DNA of 37,562 bases from a virus. Its lineage: Duplodnaviria; Heunggongvirae; Uroviricota; Caudoviricetes. The position numbers were made by a program, and so were the translations under genes. Position 1 is the first letter of the stretch. The number at the start of each line of letters is the position of its first letter. Below, piece by piece: positions 32,001-37,562 of the stretch. The notes beneath the pieces are model-generated. The model was not told the origin of the DNA. It did no database searches and was given only the letters and a program-made list of their open reading frames with translations. The stretch is from the IMG/VR virus record IMGVR_UViG_2534681673_000007, positions 1-37,562 of that record. One strand, given 5' to 3'.

Positions 32001-32674
32001 ATGAAAACAATCCATGACATCCGGCGGTCTAACGCCAGAAAACTGAGAGATGGTGTTGGCGGGAATTCTTCCTTTGCCACTATGATTGATCGCGAGCCAA
32101 CCCAGACCAGCAGGTTTATGGGAGATGGTGCTACTAAAAATATCGGTGACAGCATGGCACGACACATCGAAAAATGTTTCGACCTGCCTGTCGGATGGCT
32201 CGATCAAGAACACCAGACAACGAACATCACAAAAAACCTGATGTTTCAATCACTAATAAACAAATCACATTAGTCCCTGTCATATCATGGGTACAGGCCG
32301 GAGCATGGAAAGAAGTTGGATATTCTGAGGTTGATTTGAGCACAGCAGAAACGTATCCCTGCCCTGTACCCTGTGGGGAAATGACTTATATCTTGCGGGT
32401 GATAGGTGATTCAATGATTGATGAGTACCGCCCGGGAGACATGATTTTTGTCGATCCTGAAGTACCTGCCTGCCACGGTGACGACGTTATTGCATTGATG
32501 CACGATACAGGTGAAACCACCTTCAAAAGGTTGATAGAAGATGGGACACAGCGTTATCTCAAAGCGTTAAACCCAAACTGGCCTGAGCCTTACATTAAGA
32601 TCAACGGTAATTGCTCTATAATTGGTACAGTGATTTTCTCAGGAAAACCAAGAAGATACAAAATCAAAGCCTAA
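32001..32674 (+). pseudogene. CI-like repressor (N-terminal HTH plus C-terminal LexA-like S24 peptidase domain) with reading frame split at an A6 run (32231-32236)
   Basis: HTH in frame of ORF 32001..32273. S24 domain (PVISWVQAGAW...GDSM...FKRL) in frame of ORF 32174..32674. One extra A would fuse them as ...NITKKPDVSITNKQITLVPVISW... Confidence 0.6.
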
Positions 32675-32686
32675 TCAATGTTTATG

Positions 32687-32710
32687 AACCTGCTTCGGCA
32701 GGTTTTTTAT
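32687..32710 (+). terminator. Rho-independent terminator after the repressor gene (AACCUGC-UUCG-GCAGGUU plus UUUUUUAU)
   Basis: 7-bp stem with UUCG tetraloop and U-tract, 13 nt after the repressor stop. Confidence 0.65.
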
Positions 32711-32712
32711 AC

Positions 32713-32740
32713 TTGACAATGTACCTTTGAGATACATAAT
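32713..32740 (+). promoter_or_regulatory. pL-like early promoter (TTGACA, 16-bp spacer, CATAAT) overlapped by operator-like site TGTACC-TTTGA-GATACA (32720-32736)
   Basis: Consensus -35 and near-consensus -10 read directly. Third copy of the TGTACC-N5-GGTACA motif sits in the spacer. Confidence 0.5.
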
Positions 32741-32850
32741 GTACCCAAGCGAAACAACGAACAGGCAGGACGCCCACGAAGTAGCCGCCTGGGGCATATG
32801 AAGTCCAGGATGATTCGTTAGCAACAAAAAAGCGCCCTACAGGACGCTTA

Positions 32851-32862
32851 GCTCTTTAACAA
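32851..32862 (+). promoter_or_regulatory. boxA-like element GCTCTTTAACAA in the early-left leader
   Basis: 11 to 12 of 12 match to the rrn/lambdoid boxA consensus as I recall it; about 50 nt upstream of the first early-left gene. Confidence 0.3.
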
Positions 32863-32907
32863 TCTGGTCCCCTTCAACAAGTAACTGATAACTTGAGGAG
32901 GTGTGAA

Positions 32908-33114
32908 ATGCACAAAACAGAACCCAAAATCGTCGCGCCTGGCTACACAGATGAGGAAATTTATGAGTGGATGACAAAGAAGCTGGCAGCTATAAACCAG
33001 CTTCGTGAATTGCGGTCTTATCGACAGGAAACAATAGGCTCCTTAAAAAAACTGGATCAGGAAATCACGGTTTTATCACAGGATGCTACTTTAGATATTG
33101 TGCAGACAAATTAG
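32908..33114 (+). CDS. Hypothetical small protein (68 aa), first gene of early-left operon
   Basis: ATG at 32908 with GAGGAGG 6 nt upstream. Predicted helical/coiled-coil (KKLAAINQLRELRSYRQETIGSLKKLDQEI). Confidence 0.5.
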   Translation: MHKTEPKIVAPGYTDEEIYEWMTKKLAAINQLRELRSYRQETIGSLKKLDQEITVLSQDATLDIVQTN

Positions 33115-33520
33115 GATCCCATTCATTTTCGTCAAAATCATCAAAGTGATGAATTTGTGATCTCCAGTCTCGATAATCTAAAAATTTCTGGGCGGTTACG
33201 CTTATTTTATCAAGTGTGAGTTCATCCTGAATTGAAAGAAGAAGTTCATCAAATTTCATCTCATTAATCTGTTTTGGCATCCAGTGATGCTTCATCAGAA
33301 TAAGGTGAACCAGAGCCTTTTTCCCATTCAACTGATTATAGGGAGTGCCGAATTTCTTCCGGTGCTCATGTAAGACAAGGTCTAGAAGAGTAAGTAATGT
33401 TGCCCTTGATTCCACTTTGCTTATTTCGACTGATGACACTACCCCACTGATTTCAATGCCCCGATACTTTCCAACATTTTCACAGTGGGATTTGTACAGC
33501 GTATAGATATTACCGGACAT
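33086..33520 (-). CDS. Unknown protein (144 aa) encoded antisense to the early-left operon; lower GC
   Basis: ATG at 33520 with AAGGA 7 nt upstream. 3' end converges on and overlaps the end of the 68-aa gene. No recognised motif. Confidence 0.55.
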   Translation of the reverse strand: MSGNIYTLYKSHCENVGKYRGIEISGVVSSVEISKVESRATLLTLLDLVLHEHRKKFGTPYNQLNGKKALVHLILMKHHWMPKQINEMKFDELLLSIQDELTLDKISVTAQKFLDYRDWRSQIHHFDDFDENEWDPNLSAQYLK

Positions 33521-34064
33521 TTCTTTTCCTTTTGCGTTGTTGGGGATAACCAGATTAACCGAATCCTTGTTGTTGGGGAATAACCAGGTCCACCTCGCCT
33601 GATGTGGCTAAAAGCAGGCACATAACAGCTAAGTATTTTCAACCAGAGAGAATCCTTAGCGTTGTGGTGAATGCGGCTCAGCGCACGCGGGTTAAGGTTG
33701 AGGCTGACAGTCGACCTTCTGTGGATACCCACCCGTCTGGTGTGCAACCTTCGCCAGGCACCGGGAGGCACCCGGCACCACAACTTTATGCTGTGTGTAG
33801 TCCTGGCGATACCAGTTTGTACCCTTGCTTCCGGCTGGTACCGTCCTTTTTACAAAACAGAGAAGAGCATCACCGGACGATGGGCTCATAACCCAATCCA
33901 TCCGGCAGTGACTACCGTAGGTGTTCTTCTCTGTTTTGTGGAGAAACTAACCGCCCCTGCGGGGGCATTTATGGAAACGTAATTGACTCAATAATCGCCG
34001 GATGGCGAGGGATTCTTGCAACCAAAATTCAACGCGGTGCAGCGCATATAACGTGGAGAACGAA

Positions 34065-34601
34065 ATGTCATTTATTAAAACTTTTTCCGGGAAGCATTTT
34101 TATTATGACCGGATAAATAAAGACAACATCGATATTAACGATATCGCGGTTTCCCTTTCAAATATCTGTCGCTTTGCAGGACATCTTTCACACTTCTACA
34201 GCGTCGCCCAACATGCGGTTCTTTGCAGCCAGCTGGTACCGCAGGAATTTGCTTTTGAAGCGTTAATGCATGATGCAACAGAAGCGTATTGCCAGGACAT
34301 CCCCGCTCCACTGAAACGCCTTCTTCCTGACTATAAACGGATGGAAGAAAAAATAGACGCCGTAATCCGTGAGAAATACGGGTTACCTCCTGTTATGAGC
34401 ACGCCAGTGAAATATGCCGATCTCATTATGCTGGCAACCGAACGCCGCGATCTCGGGCTTGATGATGGCTCTTTCTGGCCTGTACTGGAAGGCATCCCGG
34501 CAACAGAGATGTTCAACGTGATTCCAATGCCACCGGGCCATGCCTACGGGATGTTTATGGAACGCTTTCACGAGTTATCGGAGTTACGCAAATGCGCATG
34601 A
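34065..34601 (+). CDS. HD-domain phosphohydrolase (YfdR-like)
   Basis: Start MSFIKTFSGKHFYYD at 34065 with GGAG upstream. Metal-binding residues in FAGHLSHFYSVAQHAV and LMHDATEAY (H...HD pattern). Confidence 0.7.
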   Translation: MSFIKTFSGKHFYYDRINKDNIDINDIAVSLSNICRFAGHLSHFYSVAQHAVLCSQLVPQEFAFEALMHDATEAYCQDIPAPLKRLLPDYKRMEEKIDAVIREKYGLPPVMSTPVKYADLIMLATERRDLGLDDGSFWPVLEGIPATEMFNVIPMPPGHAYGMFMERFHELSELRKCA

Positions 34602-34683
34602 ATGTTTTCGAAATGGAAGGGTTTCTTCGCGGGAGATGTGTACCACGAGACCTGAAAGTGAATGAAACGGATGCTGAATACCT

Positions 34684-34953
34684 GTGCGTAAATTAGATGC
34701 GCTTGAAGCTAAATGTGCAGCACTGGAAAACAAAGTAATACCAGTGTCAGCTGAACTGCCACCAGCAAATGAAAGTGTTCTGTTATTTGATGCTAACGGA
34801 GAAGGCTGGCTGATTGGCTGGCGTTCTCTCTGGTACACATGGGGGCAAAAAGAAACCGGAGAATGGCAGTGGACATTTCAGGTCGGGGACCTTGAAAACG
34901 TCAATATCACTCACTGGGCAGTAATGCCGAAAGCACCGGAGAATAAGAAATGA
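34684..34953 (+). CDS. Hypothetical protein (Trp-rich C-terminus, possibly DUF551-like)
   Basis: ORF 34684..34953 with a non-ATG start per the ORF track. WLIGWRSLWYTWGQKETGEWQW motif. Confidence 0.4.
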   Translation: MRKLDALEAKCAALENKVIPVSAELPPANESVLLFDANGEGWLIGWRSLWYTWGQKETGEWQWTFQVGDLENVNITHWAVMPKAPENKK

Positions 34954-35165
34954 ACGTGATAAAAACTCATACAGGAATTGTTATTACCCGAAACGGTCCG
35001 CAGGTAAAAAAACTGCACCAGACAAAGCGGATGTGGGTCGTCGGAAAAAACGAGTTTTACCACAAAGAAACCGGACGCCGCCACTTTGCAGAAAATACGC
35101 GCCGCCGACTGCTCCTGGACAGCATCAGGCCAATTAAACAGGTAGCAACCATAGAACAAAATTAA
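34950..35165 (+). CDS. Hypothetical small basic protein (71 aa)
   Basis: ORF 34950..35165 overlapping the preceding stop (ATGA); upstream of xis. Confidence 0.4.
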   Translation: MNVIKTHTGIVITRNGPQVKKLHQTKRMWVVGKNEFYHKETGRRHFAENTRRRLLLDSIRPIKQVATIEQN

Positions 35166-35226
35166 TTATCAGGACTGAAATTTGATATTACTGCCCGTGT
35201 GCAGCGGGTTAAGTGGAGAAACAGCC

Positions 35227-35436
35227 ATGGCAAAACTAATGAAAGCGAGCCAATGGGGACGCCGTGAATTCTCTAATGGCTCAATTCCTGACAACCGAAC
35301 GATAAAACGCTGGGTCGAGAACGGTCTGCTCATGGGGCGTATCGTGGACGGTTCTGTTTTTGTCTGCGAAACAGAAAAATGGGGAGTCGACTCAATGGTT
35401 AGTCAAGCTGTTCGCAAGTTAATAAATGAGGGGTGA
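35227..35436 (+). CDS. xis: Excisionase-like protein
   Basis: 69-aa product, ATG at 35227 with GGAG upstream. Overlaps the integrase start. Motif TIKRWVENGLLMGRIVDGSVFV resembles excisionase-type wHTH. Confidence 0.6.
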   Translation: MAKLMKASQWGRREFSNGSIPDNRTIKRWVENGLLMGRIVDGSVFVCETEKWGVDSMVSQAVRKLINEG

Positions 35437-36617
35437 CCATGGCGGCAAGGCCACGTAAAAAAGAATACAGACATCTTCCTGATTATCTGATTTTTGATAA
35501 AGATCGAGGTGTTTATAAATTCACACTTATTACCGGAAAGAAGAAAAATATAGGTAAGGATAGGGCAATAGCCATTGCAATCGCCAGAGAGTACAACCTG
35601 AGGATGCGACCAGAATTATCTCCATCAGTAGATAATCTTATTAGAGAATCTGGCGGTGTTATCGGAGAAGCAAAACCATTTGCTGAACATGTTGATCACA
35701 TAATGGCCCGAATTATCGAAGACGAACGTCCTTCCCAGAGCACCTTAGATGACTGGAAAAATGACGCTCTACGCGTAAAAGCGTTTTTCGTAAATGTTCC
35801 GGCATGCGATATCGAACTTGAACACGTTAATACCTACATCAACAAATATCATGCCAGCGCATCCGCAAATGTGCAGAACAGAAAGGTCAGCTTTCTTAAA
35901 AAGTTGTTCTCTTATGCGGTCGATGAATCACTAATGCTGGATAACCCGGCCATCAGAAAAAAAATGCGTAGGACTGATGAGAAGAAAAGACGGCGCCTGT
36001 CACTCGAGCATTTTATAGCTATCAGGCAGGCCGCTGCACCATGGTTAAGAACAGCAATGGACCTAGCATTGCAGACTACACATGCACGACTCGAAGTATC
36101 GCGAATCCGTTACTCAATTCGCGAACCTAAAGACGGTATATGTGGATGTGTCTGGTTCGAACAACCACAAAATGGCATATATGGGACGCTTTACATCCAC
36201 AGGCAAAAAGTGCAACAAAAAGAGGCGTCACACGTTGCAATACCAATTGGTGAAGAGTTGAAACGGATAATTGACGATAGCCGAGATAATGTGGCCAGTC
36301 CGTTTGTCGTTCACAGGATCCCAGAACGCCAAGTTAAACGCAGCAAAGAGGTTTCACATCCTACTCAAGTTGCACCGGACTATTTGAGTAGGTCGTTTTC
36401 AGCTACACGGGACAAACTAGGTTTATGCGACAATCTACCAATGGATGAAAGACCAACCTTTCACGAAATTCGAGCACTAGCAGCGCATCTATTCGATCAG
36501 CAGGGTATCGATCCACAAGGACGAATGGCGCACAGCGATGCGAAGTCAACCAAGATCTACACGCAAAATCATATAGATTGGGTTGTCGTTCCCCATGGAG
36601 AAATTAAAGCCAGCTAA
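35433..36617 (+). CDS. int: Tyrosine integrase (lambda Int family)
   Basis: 394 aa. N-terminal arm-binding region similar to lambda Int (HLPDYL...GKDRAIAIAIA). C-terminal catalytic region with PTFHEIRAL...AHSDAKSTKIYTQ (R/H/R/Y pattern). Confidence 0.9.
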   Translation: MTMAARPRKKEYRHLPDYLIFDKDRGVYKFTLITGKKKNIGKDRAIAIAIAREYNLRMRPELSPSVDNLIRESGGVIGEAKPFAEHVDHIMARIIEDERPSQSTLDDWKNDALRVKAFFVNVPACDIELEHVNTYINKYHASASANVQNRKVSFLKKLFSYAVDESLMLDNPAIRKKMRRTDEKKRRRLSLEHFIAIRQAAAPWLRTAMDLALQTTHARLEVSRIRYSIREPKDGICGCVWFEQPQNGIYGTLYIHRQKVQQKEASHVAIPIGEELKRIIDDSRDNVASPFVVHRIPERQVKRSKEVSHPTQVAPDYLSRSFSATRDKLGLCDNLPMDERPTFHEIRALAAHLFDQQGIDPQGRMAHSDAKSTKIYTQNHIDWVVVPHGEIKAS

Positions 36618-36710
36618 TAATAAATTACTCCCTTTATTGCTTTAGTATAAAGCAGAGCAAACCAAATTGGACGGGTTGCTCTGTGTTGGAAGTTGAGGAA
36701 TGTATTAATT

Positions 36711-37562
36711 TCAAAGTGAGTAATTGGAGAGTTCTTCAATCATTGACCGATAATGTATACCGATACTATCGGCAAATTTTTCGCCCATCCCCTCAACTGA
36801 CGCAATTAGGCAGTCTGTAGCAACCTTCAGGGATATTATGACTAAGCAGATGTCAGCTTCACTGGGTGCACCATGACCGCTAAATTCATCAATCCTGTGG
36901 ATAGCCAGTGGCAATGGATGAGCCAGATTTGATAGTAACTGGTGATGTAGTGCAATGTCGGCTAACCGCGGGCAGCGAGCTTCGAACTCAGCTTTGGTAT
37001 AATACATTTCGGCCCTGTTTTTGAGACTATTCTTTTGTTCTTTAGATAGTGAACTATAGAATTCATGGTTCACTATCTCCTCCTGCTGCTTTGGTATGCC
37101 GGTGAAAAACTCCTCCAGTGATTCTTCAGATTCACCAGCCTTCAGTCTGATATCACGCCATTTAACATTTCTGTCTTTCTGGAAAATTCGAAAACGAAAG
37201 TCAGCCTCCGCTTCCGAGACCGTTTCCGTTCCGTAATAAAAAAGCGCCTGAAAATTTTCCATCACACTTCTGGACACAAGTGCGATAGTGGTTACATCCC
37301 ATACTGTATCATCGGGATTAACTCCGTTTCGCAGTACTGGTAGTAGTTTCTTAAGACTATGCGCAGTCAACACTTGACGAGTGAAAATATTTGCAGCCCG
37401 TATTCCCCTGCCGTCAGTCTTAATTCCGCTTTGATTCAGTGATATGGCCGCGGAAATTTCACAAGCGCGGCAGAAGATCTTATAAAGGCTAATGTAAGAC
37501 CTCTCAACCTCAGTGTGTTCTCGGAAACGAATGTTACTGCCTTTTTTAGTTCTTTTTTTCAT
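36711..37562 (-). CDS. Unknown protein (283 aa) immediately beyond the integrase 3' end
   Basis: Complete ORF whose ATG is the last codon of the window, so its promoter is outside. No recognised catalytic motif. Confidence 0.5.
   Translation of the reverse strand: MKKRTKKGSNIRFREHTEVERSYISLYKIFCRACEISAAISLNQSGIKTDGRGIRAANIFTRQVLTAHSLKKLLPVLRNGVNPDDTVWDVTTIALVSRSVMENFQALFYYGTETVSEAEADFRFRIFQKDRNVKWRDIRLKAGESEESLEEFFTGIPKQQEEIVNHEFYSSLSKEQKNSLKNRAEMYYTKAEFEARCPRLADIALHHQLLSNLAHPLPLAIHRIDEFSGHGAPSEADICLVIISLKVATDCLIASVEGMGEKFADSIGIHYRSMIEELSNYSL

Noticed and set aside
31710-32249. Long 179-aa minus ORF as the cro-region gene
   Set aside because: Only the last 66 codons have an RBS and HTH character; the upstream part runs antisense through the operator region and the CI-like gene start.
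32174-32674. Stand-alone S24 peptidase-domain protein starting at the frame-b Met
   Set aside because: No RBS, and the frame is the natural continuation of the CI-like gene after the A-run; treated as part of one interrupted repressor gene, though separate expression cannot be excluded.
33439-33982. Overlapping ORFs 33439..33783 (-), 33604..33891 (+), 33671..33982 (+), 33692..33901 (-)
   Set aside because: Mutually overlapping on both strands with Arg/Pro/Gly-rich products and no RBS; better explained as a stop-poor non-coding region (see the structured-region finding).
33521-33990. Retron (msr/msd) interpretation of the repeat-rich region
   Set aside because: No reverse transcriptase ORF anywhere in the window, and the adjacent genes have no RT motifs.
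36618-36710. tRNA gene or tRNA-derived att core at the integrase-proximal end
   Set aside because: No cloverleaf-compatible sequence or T-loop motif (GTTCGA-type) seen here or in the left gap; the attachment site cannot be located without the empty-site sequence.

Overview
The window is essentially one near-complete temperate phage (prophage) genome of about 37 kb, read by eye from the sequence and the supplied ORF track; no searches were run. Late genes lie on the minus strand. Right to left: integrase and excisionase (35.2-36.6 kb, plus strand), an early-left operon with an HD-domain gene, and a lambda-like immunity switch (divergent CI-like repressor and Cro-like gene with three 17-bp operators). 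Then come a translationally coupled replication module with an iteron array, an IS3-family insertion that splits rusA with a 3-bp target duplication, a KilA-N gene, a DUF968 gene and a Q antiterminator with a downstream terminator. An AT-rich two-gene cargo island sits in the Q-to-lysis slot (the slot that holds stx in Stx phages), followed by the lysis cassette, HNH/terminase, an HK97-type head module and a Mu-type contractile tail module. The left end carries low-GC cargo: an acyltransferase-3 membrane protein and a GIY-YIG nuclease. The best candidates for an undescribed system are the Q-lysis cargo pair (23290-24563), the antisense 144-aa gene with its repeat-rich upstream region (33086-33990), and the unknown 283-aa gene beyond the integrase. 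No tRNA, rRNA or CRISPR array was seen. Elements I derived by hand may be off by 1-2 nt; ORF-track coordinates include the stop codon.
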